Counted from the first letter of the stretch, positions 8,608-16,603 are shown. The stretch is 17,252 nt of DNA from Halalkalibacterium halodurans (GCF_004376175.1 NZ_SNUY01000027.1:29209-46460), one strand, 5' to 3'. The notes: generated by a model from the sequence alone, not told the origin. Program-made: numbers and translations.

Positions 8608-8645
8608 GTAAAAAACCTCCCATCCCAAAAAGGGACGAGAGGTTT
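8608..8645 (-). terminator. T-box attenuator terminator of the leuS leader
   Basis: The minus strand reads AACCUCUCGUCCC-uuuuu-GGGAUGGGAGGUU (13 bp including two G.U pairs) followed by UUUUUU. The 5' arm overlaps sequence immediately downstream of the T-box motif, as expected for the terminator/antiterminator alternative. Confidence 0.85.
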
Positions 8646-8852
8646 GTATAACAAACGACCCGCGGTACCACCCTCGTTAACCTTGCTCCTTTAAAGGCTC
8701 ACTCGTGTCCCTTAACGCGGGCAACGTCATTGGCTACTTCCTGTTCACCAATGCAACTTCAAGGCGAGTTCATGGCTGCTGCGATTGACTTCCACCAACC
8801 GTCAATTCTCTAGGCGCAAGCAGGGGCCCACTACTACTCCTCGTCACTGTTT
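8608..8852 (-). promoter_or_regulatory. T-box riboswitch leader, leucine-specific (specifier CUC)
   Basis: The minus strand carries the conserved T-box sequence GGGTGGTACCGCG (plus 8661-8673). Stem I elements are present (AGTA/AGAGA, distal GGTGGAA). The specifier loop reads ATGAA-CUC-G, with the CUC Leu codon at plus 8766-8768. The UGGU antiterminator bulge is compatible with an A73 discriminator. Confidence 0.9.
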
Positions 8853-8915
8853 TTTCATTCATGATATGCATTCGTCCCAAACCGTTCCATTAAAAAGACG
8901 ACAATGAATAATGTA

Positions 8916-8944
8916 ATTGTAAAAATACACTCACTATCTGTCAA
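8916..8944 (-). promoter_or_regulatory. Sigma-A promoter of the leuS T-box leader (TTGACA-17-TACAAT)
   Basis: The minus strand has TTGACA (8944..8939), a 17-nt spacer and TACAAT (8921..8916). This is near-consensus and is correctly positioned upstream of Stem I. Confidence 0.7.
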
Positions 8945-8985
8945 GTTTTGATGTTGATCTTGACACCATTTTTGCCACCATTGCC

Positions 8986-10191
8986 TTACATCATTCCCTT
9001 ATTGGCAAACATTTCTGATCGTTTCGTTAATAGAACGCGATCATAGAAGGCGGTCGTCACAAAGGCTAGGACAAACATGGAGCCAAGGACGTAAAACAAC
9101 GTCTCCATTCCGTACGCATCAGCAAGGACGCCCCCAATAAATGGCCCAAACATCCGCCCACCTGTCGCCACACTATTGACAATACCTTGGTAGAATCCAG
9201 CTTTTCCTTCAGGGGCAAGCTGATGCGCGACCGTTGGGATCGCTGGCCAAACAAACATTTCTCCAATCGTTAATATGATCATGGCTATTAAAAACATGGA
9301 AAAAATCGTTGCTTGTGTTAGGACAAAATAAGCAATCATAAAAACGGCCAAGCCTACATATATCTGGACCTTTAACGTTGGAACCCAGCGTTTAACGATA
9401 AACGCGATGAACGGTTGACAAAGGACAATCATCGCCCCATTCACTGTCCATAGAACGCTATATTGCTTTAAGTGAATGCCTAGGTTTTGAGTGTGAACCG
9501 AGATCGTCGATTGCCATTGGACATAGGCGACCCAACAGATAAAAAAGCCGACACATAAAATAAGTAGGGCAATCAGCGGTCGCTTCGATCGGATCGCTTG
9601 ATTTTGTTCAAATACATTTGTCGTTGCGCCACTCTTCTCTCGAGAAGAAGAAAATGACCGAAAAGTAGTCATAACAAATAGTAATAATCCGACGTAGACT
9701 AGGCCATTGGCAAGAAAGATCCAATCAAATGATATGGAGGCTACGATTCCAGCTAATGCTGTGCCGACCGCTACCCCGACATTTTGCGCCACATACATAG
9801 CATTAAATGATTTTCGTCCTCCCTGAGGCCATACCTTTCCCGCTAATGCGTACATGGCAGGAAACATCATTCCGGAACCAAAACCTAAGCCGACCATTAG
9901 TGTAGCATAATAAAAAAATGTATGATTGTAGGCCAGAATAAAGGCGCTGATGATCGTGATCCAAATGGACAGGATGATCGTACGATAGGCGCCTATACGA
10001 TCGAACATCATCCCACCAATGAGGTTCCCTATGACACCAGCGCCAGCATTACACATTAAAACAAGTCCCGCAATTGCGAGCGATTGACCGAGCTCTCGAC
10101 TCATATAGATCGTGTTGAGCGGCCATAAAAAGGATGCCGCTGTCACGTTAATGACCATTCCGATCACTAGTAGCCACAGTGGTTTCGGCAT
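8986..10191 (-). CDS. MFS transporter (YttB-like), 401 aa
   Basis: Twelve predicted TM segments with an MFS motif-A-like loop GGMMFDRIGAYRT. RBS AAGGAG lies 7 nt before the ATG. Its position next to leuS resembles B. subtilis yttB. The substrate is unknown. Confidence 0.85.
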   Translation of the reverse strand: MPKPLWLLVIGMVINVTAASFLWPLNTIYMSRELGQSLAIAGLVLMCNAGAGVIGNLIGGMMFDRIGAYRTIILSIWITIISAFILAYNHTFFYYATLMVGLGFGSGMMFPAMYALAGKVWPQGGRKSFNAMYVAQNVGVAVGTALAGIVASISFDWIFLANGLVYVGLLLFVMTTFRSFSSSREKSGATTNVFEQNQAIRSKRPLIALLILCVGFFICWVAYVQWQSTISVHTQNLGIHLKQYSVLWTVNGAMIVLCQPFIAFIVKRWVPTLKVQIYVGLAVFMIAYFVLTQATIFSMFLIAMIILTIGEMFVWPAIPTVAHQLAPEGKAGFYQGIVNSVATGGRMFGPFIGGVLADAYGMETLFYVLGSMFVLAFVTTAFYDRVLLTKRSEMFANKGMM

Positions 10192-10357
10192 AGACTCGCT
10201 CCTTCTTTCTAGTGAATTATTTCGTCCCCCTAATTATATTAAAAAAGGAATTGGCGTTTTGCAACTAATTTTATGTAAAATATCGTAAGCTTTAAAAGTA
10301 CACATTTATGATAGGATGGAAACATGTTTAAATGCCATTTTTCAGGAGGGGAATGCC

Positions 10358-11381
10358 ATGATTGACTTGCGGAGTGATACCGTAACGAAGCCAACTGAGG
10401 CCATGAGACAAGCGATGGCTTCAGCAGAAGTAGGGGATGATGTATACCAAGAGGACCCAAGTGTTCGCGCATTAGAAGAACGAGCAGCGGAATTAACAGG
10501 AAAAAAAGCAGCGCTGTTCGTAACGAGTGGAACACAAGGAAATCAGGTGGCAGTTGCGACACACTGCGTCCCTGGCCAAGAAATCATTTTAGAAGCGGAT
10601 GCCCATCTGTTCCTATATGAAGGTGGTGCAGCTTCCGCTTTTGCTGGTGTACAAACATACGCGATTAAAGGGACAAACGGAATGTTCTCTGCCGAGCAAG
10701 TAAGGAGAGCTATACGTCCAGAAGACGACCACGATCCTGAGACGGGTTTAATCTGTTTAGAAAACACGCATAATCGAGCGGGAGGAGCCGTTATTTCACC
10801 AGAACAGATGAAGGATGTCTACGACGTGGCAAAGGCGTACAATGTACCTGTTCATCTAGATGGAGCGCGCCTATTTCACGCGGCTGTTGCCCTAGGTCAG
10901 CCACTATCCTCCTTCACTCAGTACACGGACACCGTTTCAACTGTGCCTTTCGAAAGGGCTTGGGGCGCCAGTAGGCTCCATTCTTGCCGGTGATGCTTCA
11001 TTTATTAAACGGGCAAGAAAATGGCGAAAACGCCTTGGTGGCGGGTGGCGACAAGCCGGTGTGTTAGCTGCACCTGCCCTTCTCGCCTTAAATACAATGG
11101 TCGAGCGTTTGGCGGAAGACCACGAGCATGCTAAAATACTCGCAGACGGTATTCACGGGTTGCATGGATTAACCGTCATTCACAAAGTTGAAACAAATAT
11201 CATTCTCGTTGACGTAGAAAAAACAGGCCATACGAGTGATACATTTGTAGAGGCGTTAAAAGAGCGCGGCGTGCGAGCCGTTGCCTTTGATCCATACATT
11301 GTTCGGTTTGTCACCCATAAAGACGTATCTAAGGACGATGTCATGCAAACATTGACTGTTCTTTCCTCGCTTGTTTCATGA
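10358..11381 (+). pseudogene. ltaE: Low-specificity L-threonine aldolase (PLP-dependent), disrupted by a 1-nt frameshift near 10935-10937
   Basis: Start ATG 10358 (RBS GGAGGGG, 6-nt spacing). The N-terminal part reads MIDLRSDTVTKPT...SGTQGNQ...HLDGARLFHAA, stays in frame to about 10937 and runs into TGA 10991. The continuation, including the PLP-lysine motif CLSKGLGAPVGSILAGD and the whole C-terminal domain, is in the next frame (open 10896..11381). The span is 1024 nt, which is 341 codons plus 1 nt. Deleting one T from gTTTcaa restores ...YTDTVQLCLSKGLGAPVGS..., a 340-aa protein. Confidence 0.85.
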
Positions 11382-11604
11382 ACAAGTGACGCAAAATGGA
11401 GCAGTGTCTTAGCTAAAGGTGAGCACCGCTTCCACAACCTTTGAACGCCCCCGCCTTTTTTTGGGTTCAAAAAGGAGGACGGCTAGGTCCAAGCAGCTCG
11501 CACCGTAGCGTCTATCTTTCTATACTGAGGACCGCTACCGATGAGATGCGACGGGCATTGCTCCACACGATTTTAATGAGCTTATAGTAGGAAGGTGAAA
11601 CATC

Positions 11605-12582
11605 ATGGAAAACAACGTGGAAAGCAACCTCCAGCCCGTCCCCATGCGGTATGGAGATAAACGATATTACTCTTGGAATCAGCATTTGCGTGAGCAATTT
11701 GGGGAGAAAGTATTTAAGGTACCCCTCGATGCGGGATTTGACTGTCCGAACCGGGATGGGAATGTAGCGAACGGGGGATGTACGTTTTGCAGTGAGCGCG
11801 GTTCGGGGGATTTCGCTGGAGATCGGAAAGATGATTTAGTGACACAATTTCATACGATCAAGGAGCGGATGCATAAAAAATGGACGAGCGGCAAGTACAT
11901 TGGCTATTTTCAAGCGTATACAAATACGTATGCACCTGTAGAAACCTTGCGAGAATATTATGAAGTGATTTTAGAACAAGAAGGGGTGGTCGGTCTAGCG
12001 ATTGCCACACGTCCAGACTGTTTACCTGATGACGTGGTGGAATACTTAGCCGAATTAAATAAGCGGACGTATTTATGGGTGGAGCTCGGGTTACAAACGG
12101 TCCATGAACGAACCGCCCTTCTCATTAACCGCGCCCATGATTATCAGTGTTATGTTGACGGTGTAAACAAGCTAAGAAAGCACGGCATTCGTGTCTGTTC
12201 TCACATCATTAATGGACTCCCTCTTGAAAATCATCAAATGATGATGGAAACGGCCAAAGAAGTTGCCAAATTGGATGTACAAGGAATTAAAATCCACTCA
12301 CTTCACTTGCTTAAACGAACGCCAATGGTGAAACAATATGAAAAAGGGCTTGTCGAATTCATGAGTTTGGAAGAATATGTGAACCTCGTGGTCGATCAAT
12401 TAGAAGTGTTACCACCGCACATGATTATCCATCGCTTGATGGGAGATGGACCGGGTGACTTAATGATTGGTCCGATGTGGAGCATGAAAAAATGGGAAGT
12501 TTTGAACGCGATTGAAGCAGAGTTAGAGCGCCGCGACAGCTGGCAAGGGAAGCATTACCGAGCGCAGGTGGAGGTCCAATGA
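11605..12582 (+). CDS. mnmL: Radical SAM protein of the TIGR01212/YtqA family (MnmL, tRNA cmnm5s2U to nm5s2U step in Gram-positives)
   Basis: The cysteine cluster CPNRDGNVANGGCTFC starts at 11743, which is the C-x11-C-x2-C arrangement seen in YtqA-type proteins. 325 aa, RBS GGAAGGTGA. It sits immediately upstream of, and overlaps, the ytqB homologue, as in B. subtilis. Confidence 0.85.
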   Translation: MENNVESNLQPVPMRYGDKRYYSWNQHLREQFGEKVFKVPLDAGFDCPNRDGNVANGGCTFCSERGSGDFAGDRKDDLVTQFHTIKERMHKKWTSGKYIGYFQAYTNTYAPVETLREYYEVILEQEGVVGLAIATRPDCLPDDVVEYLAELNKRTYLWVELGLQTVHERTALLINRAHDYQCYVDGVNKLRKHGIRVCSHIINGLPLENHQMMMETAKEVAKLDVQGIKIHSLHLLKRTPMVKQYEKGLVEFMSLEEYVNLVVDQLEVLPPHMIIHRLMGDGPGDLMIGPMWSMKKWEVLNAIEAELERRDSWQGKHYRAQVEVQ

Positions 12583-13151
12583 ACCTTCTTGGCGTCCTCC
12601 CTTTTGCCCGGTTTTTATTACAAAACGTCCTCACCCCTGGTTCTATCGCTGTAGATGGGACAACCGGAAACGGACATGATACAGTGTTTCTCGCCAAGCT
12701 AGTCGGGGAAACTGGTCATGTGTATGGCTTTGACGTCCAAGATCAAGCGATACACCAAACAAATAAGCGGGTGAAAGAATTAGGATTTCCTGAGCGAGTC
12801 ACTCTGTTTCATGCCAGTCATGAACAAGTGGCTACCCTTATCCCGCCAGACCAACACCCAAACATAAAAGCCGCCATTTTTAATCTTGGGTATTTGCCAG
12901 GAAGCGACAAGACGATTGTCACAAAACCTGAATCAACCATCACCGCAATCAAAAAACTTCTTTCCATCATGCCTTCTGGTGCGCTCATTGTGCTTGTCAT
13001 TTACCACGGTCACGAGGAAGGAAAAATAGAAAAAACAGCGCTCGAATCGTTTGTTACAGACCTGGATCAAACAACGGTCCATGTTCTGCGCTATGAATTT
13101 ATCAACCAAGTGAATGATCCACCTTTTATCATTGCGATCGAAAAAAGATGA
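12579..13151 (+). CDS. mnmM: Class I SAM-dependent methyltransferase, YtqB family (MnmM, nm5s2U to mnm5s2U tRNA methyltransferase)
   Basis: SAM-binding motif VDGTTGNGHDT, 190 aa. An ATGA start/stop overlap with the upstream gene (12579-12582) and an internal RBS GGTGGAGG indicate translational coupling. Confidence 0.85.
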   Translation: MNLLGVLPFARFLLQNVLTPGSIAVDGTTGNGHDTVFLAKLVGETGHVYGFDVQDQAIHQTNKRVKELGFPERVTLFHASHEQVATLIPPDQHPNIKAAIFNLGYLPGSDKTIVTKPESTITAIKKLLSIMPSGALIVLVIYHGHEEGKIEKTALESFVTDLDQTTVHVLRYEFINQVNDPPFIIAIEKR

Positions 13152-13180
13152 CCTTCATGAGGTAGGTCATCTTTCTTCGC
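13145..13180 (+). terminator. Candidate rho-independent terminator after mnmM
   Basis: A perfect 10-bp stem, AAGATGACCT (13145-13154) with AGGTCATCTT (13164-13173), and a 9-nt loop, followed by a T-rich tract (tcttcgc, weak). The 5' arm overlaps the stop codon. Confidence 0.55.
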
Positions 13181-13230
13181 ATAGTATTGCTTTTTGATAA
13201 ATTACAAATCATCACCGGGGGGCGATTTTA

Positions 13231-13821
13231 GTGTCATTGTTAGGCTCGATCTTGACTTATAATCAATCATTTGTGGAAAAGAAAGCGTACGAACCTTTTC
13301 AAACATCAAAATTCCCTGACCAAAAGATGGTTGTGCTCACGTGTATGGATACACGCCTTTCCCAGCTTCTCCCACACGCAATGAACATTAAAAACGGAGA
13401 TGCGAAAATTATTAAAAATGCAGGAGCTGTGATTACCCATCCATACGGCAGTATTATGCGGAGCATCATTGTTGCCTTATATGAGCTTAAAGCAAAAGAA
13501 GTTTACATTGTCGGGCACCACGGCTGTGGGATGGCAGGGCTACAGGCAGAGTCTGTTTTAGAAAAGGCAAAAAAATACGGTGTATCTGAAGAAGCGTTAG
13601 AACGCTTGCTAGCCCAAGGTGTAGATGTGAATCAGTTTTTATCCGGTTTCGATAAGGTCGAAGATAGTGTAAAACATAGTGCAAATGTCGTTCGCACCCA
13701 TCCGCTTATTCCGCATGACGTGCCTGTACATGCCCTCGTCATTTGTCCTAAGACGGGGAAGCTTGATGTTGTGGAAAACGGCTATGACATCGTTCAAGCA
13801 GCAAAACCGAGCCAACAATAA
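13231..13821 (+). CDS. ytiB: Beta-class carbonic anhydrase (YtiB-like), 196 aa
   Basis: Zinc-ligand motifs of beta-CAs: CMDTR (C-x-D-x-R) and HHGCG (H-x-x-C). It is close to collinear with B. subtilis YtiB as I recall it (SLL..IL.FN..F...YE.YQTSKFPD.KM..L.CMDTRL). GTG start 8 nt after GGGGGG. Confidence 0.9.
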   Translation: MSLLGSILTYNQSFVEKKAYEPFQTSKFPDQKMVVLTCMDTRLSQLLPHAMNIKNGDAKIIKNAGAVITHPYGSIMRSIIVALYELKAKEVYIVGHHGCGMAGLQAESVLEKAKKYGVSEEALERLLAQGVDVNQFLSGFDKVEDSVKHSANVVRTHPLIPHDVPVHALVICPKTGKLDVVENGYDIVQAAKPSQQ

Positions 13822-13847
13822 GAGCACAGCCACATGGCCGCGCCCTT

Positions 13848-14930
13848 TTACATCGAATCCATCGCTGGTTGCTCACCAGATTTTCTGCGGAACATCCAGC
13901 TATTTAAGTAAAAAAGAAACGTAGGCAAACCGCCCATTTTTATCATTCGCTTCGATTGCCTTTTGTATTTCGGGTGTTTTTGTACTTTATCGTCTGATAA
14001 ATAAATGGCGATCAACCCTCGATGAATCATCCGATGAAACTTCGGATCTGGTAGTTCGGCCATCGTTTCTTCCGCTCGTGCTAAAAAATAGCGAAACCGC
14101 TCAATCATCTCCTCCTCATTTTGATAATGGAAAAGAAAGTTGAGCTCGTCATCGGCAATATCCTCCTCTTGATCAATGAAGTAGTCGAGCAAAAGATGAA
14201 CGCCTTGAACATAAGGAAAATAACCGTCCATTAATTGTCGCGCTTGTCGATCAGTAAACCCTTGTTTCCCCCCGTATACCGTTAACGTATAAATCCCAAG
14301 AGTCGAGCCTGTACAGCAGGCAAACTCATACCAGCTCATGGCTGGTACCTCGTCACGGTGACGTTCAAACCACGCTTCTAACATGGGCACACGATCTTCT
14401 TTTTTCACGTGCTTGTAAGTTTGGAAATCACAATAGTATTGGCATAGCTTTAACATGTATGGCTGTACGATAGAAAATGAGGGCAGTTTTTGTAGGGCGC
14501 TGCGACAGATGTGAATCATGTCATGTAAGTAACCACCATCGTCCTGCGTCTCACGAAAGCGATAATAATTTTCCAATGGAGCTTCATCATTAATAGCAGC
14601 AAGCAACGCATTGTGTAACGTGCGAAAGTCGTTAGGATCGAGAGAATCACTCTGATCACAAAGATTATCCAAATAATCACACATTTGCTGATAATGAATT
14701 AAAAACGTTAAAAACTCATCAAAACAAGTCCGTTCAATTAAACCGAATACCCCTCCACCTTCACAATGGAACGCCTTTCTTGTTAAAGCGTCAAGGGCGT
14801 GAAAGCGCAGCGTTTTATCTGGTATCGTCGCTGCTCTTTCCTTCAACTTCTCCAGCTTGTGATGTACCGCTGGTAAAACCTCTTGATATACCGCCTTTAA
14901 TAACGGCAGCGGCCACGTTGGTGCACTCAC
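13848..14930 (-). CDS. ytpB: Tetraprenyl-beta-curcumene synthase (YtpB/DUF2600 family large-terpene synthase), 360 aa
   Basis: Family-typical sequence (KAFHCEGGGVFGL, acidic motifs DYLDNLCD and DYFIDQEED) and a position next to ytpA. I place the start at GTG 14930, which has a perfect AAGGAGG 8 nt upstream. The ORF track's upstream 34 codons (to 15032) lack an RBS. Confidence 0.85.
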   Translation of the reverse strand: MSAPTWPLPLLKAVYQEVLPAVHHKLEKLKERAATIPDKTLRFHALDALTRKAFHCEGGGVFGLIERTCFDEFLTFLIHYQQMCDYLDNLCDQSDSLDPNDFRTLHNALLAAINDEAPLENYYRFRETQDDGGYLHDMIHICRSALQKLPSFSIVQPYMLKLCQYYCDFQTYKHVKKEDRVPMLEAWFERHRDEVPAMSWYEFACCTGSTLGIYTLTVYGGKQGFTDRQARQLMDGYFPYVQGVHLLLDYFIDQEEDIADDELNFLFHYQNEEEMIERFRYFLARAEETMAELPDPKFHRMIHRGLIAIYLSDDKVQKHPKYKRQSKRMIKMGGLPTFLFYLNSWMFRRKSGEQPAMDSM

Positions 14931-15091
14931 TTTACCGTCCTCCTTCAACAAAGCACTGGAAATCTTTTTATGTACATGGCAACGCCATTGGATTGTCCTA
15001 TACATTCCTTCCAACATTAAACACAATAGCATAAAGCGCGATCCACCTCAATGAACACTCTTTGACATCTTAAGAAAAGCCGGTAGCTTGT

Positions 15092-15124
15092 GAAAAAGGC
15101 GATACTCATTCAAGAGCATCGCCT
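15092..15124 (-). terminator. Rho-independent terminator after ytpA
   Basis: The minus strand reads AGGCGATGCTC-ttgaat-GAGTATCGCCT (11 bp, with one non-Watson-Crick pair) followed by TTTTTCAC. It lies 13 nt downstream of the ytpA stop. Confidence 0.7.
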
Positions 15125-15136
15125 CCTGTAATCCAC

Positions 15137-15919
15137 TTATGATAATTGCTGTTCGATAAAAAAACAGGTGTATTGAAACACAGCCTCCCGCTCAGGCTCA
15201 TTAAAAATTTCATGATAGAGTCCATTCCACTCTTTATAGGCCTTTTCCGTTACTTGAACCGAATTAAACCATTCCCACGCCGCTTTTCTATCCGTGATAT
15301 AATCTTCTCCCGCCTGCATAACAAGCAATGGTACGTTCGGGAACTTTTCAGGATAACGACGGGTATCTCGCATCGCCTTCGATAACTCATAATACCATTT
15401 CGTGGACACTTTTGTTACTCTAAGCTCATCCTTCAAGTAGGCTTCACGAATCTCTTCATTTCGAGTAACTAAATCGGAACGAATGCCTGAATGATGCGAG
15501 AAAGTAGGCGTTACTCGGTGCAACATTTTCGAAGCCAATTCTTTTCCTTTCCCAGGTGACTGATATAAATCAAAGCATGGTGATGAAAGAATGACAGCAC
15601 GCACTGGCAATGTGCCTCCTTCAATCATCGTGCGAACGGCTACAAGTCCGCCCATGCTGTGGCCAAACAAGAAGATTGGCACGTGCTCCAACTTAGCTGC
15701 TTCCACCCATTCCAAGACAACATCAATGTACTGTTGGAACGACTGAATGTGACCGCGCTTCCCTCTTGTCCTTCCCTGGCCAGGCAAATCACCCATCACT
15801 ACAGATAATCCGATGCTATTAAACTTTTTTGCGAGCCATTGATAACGCCCATGGTGTTCTCCCGCCCCATGAATGACGACGACCACCCCACGCGGCTCAG
15901 CAACTTCCCATTTCCACAT
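15137..15919 (-). CDS. ytpA: Alpha/beta hydrolase, lysophospholipase/monoacylglycerol-lipase type (YtpA-like), 260 aa
   Basis: HGAGEHHGRY oxyanion region and the GHSMGG nucleophile elbow, with synteny to ytpB/ytoA. The start is set at ATG 15919 (GGGAGG with 9-nt spacing), because the TTG at 15928 directly abuts the RBS. Confidence 0.85.
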   Translation of the reverse strand: MWKWEVAEPRGVVVVIHGAGEHHGRYQWLAKKFNSIGLSVVMGDLPGQGRTRGKRGHIQSFQQYIDVVLEWVEAAKLEHVPIFLFGHSMGGLVAVRTMIEGGTLPVRAVILSSPCFDLYQSPGKGKELASKMLHRVTPTFSHHSGIRSDLVTRNEEIREAYLKDELRVTKVSTKWYYELSKAMRDTRRYPEKFPNVPLLVMQAGEDYITDRKAAWEWFNSVQVTEKAYKEWNGLYHEIFNEPEREAVFQYTCFFIEQQLS

Positions 15920-16027
15920 GGATGACAACCTCCCTTATGTACCAGGCGTCGTTAAGAGCCTTCCACATACTGTCGTTAAACATAGTATAATCATTTTTAG
16001 GGAAAACGAAAAGGAGTTGACTCGATC

Positions 16028-16552
16028 ATGTTGTATCCATACAAAGACAAAAAACCTAAGATCGCAGAAAGTGTATTCCTTGCTGATTATGTCACCATCA
16101 CGGGAGACGTCACCATTGGGGCAGATTCAAGCATTTGGTATAATACGGTTATTCGCGGAGACGTATCACCAACCTTTATTGGAGAACGCGTGAACATACA
16201 AGACAATTCCGTTCTTCACCAAAGCCCTCGCACCCCTTTAGTGATTGAAGACGACGTTACTGTTGGACACCAAGTGATCCTACATAGTTGCACGATTCGC
16301 AAAGAAGCCTTGATCGGCATGGGCTCGATCATTTTAGATGGAGCCGAAGTCGGCGAAGGGGCGTTTATCGGCGCAGGAAGCTTAGTCCCTCAAGGCAAGA
16401 AAATCCCAGCAAATTCGCTTGCTTTCGGACGACCTGCTAAAGTTGTTCGTACGTTAACGGAAGAAGACCGAAAAGACATGGCTCGAATTCGAAGAGAGTA
16501 CGTAGAAAAAGGACAATATTATAAACAAGTGCAGCAAGAGTATCGCTCATAA
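16028..16552 (+). CDS. ytoA: Gamma-carbonic-anhydrase-like hexapeptide-repeat (LbH) protein, YtoA/YrdA family, 174 aa
   Basis: Left-handed beta-helix hexapeptide repeats run throughout (IGERVNIQDNSVLH, VGHQVILHSCTI, IGMGSIILDGAEVGEGAFIGAGSLV), followed by a C-terminal helix. Size and position match B. subtilis ytoA. Confidence 0.9.
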   Translation: MLYPYKDKKPKIAESVFLADYVTITGDVTIGADSSIWYNTVIRGDVSPTFIGERVNIQDNSVLHQSPRTPLVIEDDVTVGHQVILHSCTIRKEALIGMGSIILDGAEVGEGAFIGAGSLVPQGKKIPANSLAFGRPAKVVRTLTEEDRKDMARIRREYVEKGQYYKQVQQEYRS

Positions 16553-16554
16553 TT

Positions 16555-16603
16555 TTTGTGTAAGGTGCTGTCCCTTGTTCTTTTAGGCAGCACCTTACAC
16601 AAA
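16555..16603. repeat. Perfect 14-16 bp inverted repeat (hairpin) between ytoA and the decayed minus-strand gene. It is a possible bidirectional terminator but lacks a U-tract.
   Basis: TGTGTAAGGTGCTG (16557-16570) pairs with CAGCACCTTACACA (16588-16601), extendable by two A-T pairs, with a 17-nt loop. The T-run lies 5' of the stem and the A-run 3' of it, so neither strand gets a trailing U-tract. Confidence 0.5.

Noticed and set aside
10268-10281. The AT-rich palindrome ATTTTA-tg-TAAAAT in the MFS/ltaE divergent region, considered as an operator.
   Set aside because: A short, purely A/T palindrome in an AT-rich promoter region is expected by chance, and there is no second copy.
11451-11478. 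The hairpin CCGCCTTTTT-ttgggttc-AAAAAGGAGG downstream of ltaE, considered as a terminator.
   Set aside because: The stem is mostly A-T with an internal mismatch, and no U-tract follows it on the plus strand. I could not find a G-rich partner for the cccccgcc-T7 segment either. It is too weak to annotate.
11180-11697. Minus-strand ORFs 11180..11470 and 11512..11697 in and around the ltaE-ytqA intergenic region.
   Set aside because: They are antisense to the ltaE C-terminus and the ytqA N-terminus respectively. They have no RBS and no recognisable domains.
14931-15032. The N-terminal extension of ytpB in the ORF track (start at 15032). Similar extensions were considered for ltaE (10316), ytfP (4228) and ytpA (15928).
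   Set aside because: In each case an internal start has a proper Shine-Dalgarno sequence at correct spacing and matches the N-terminus expected for the family. The upstream codons lack an RBS and read as non-conserved sequence.
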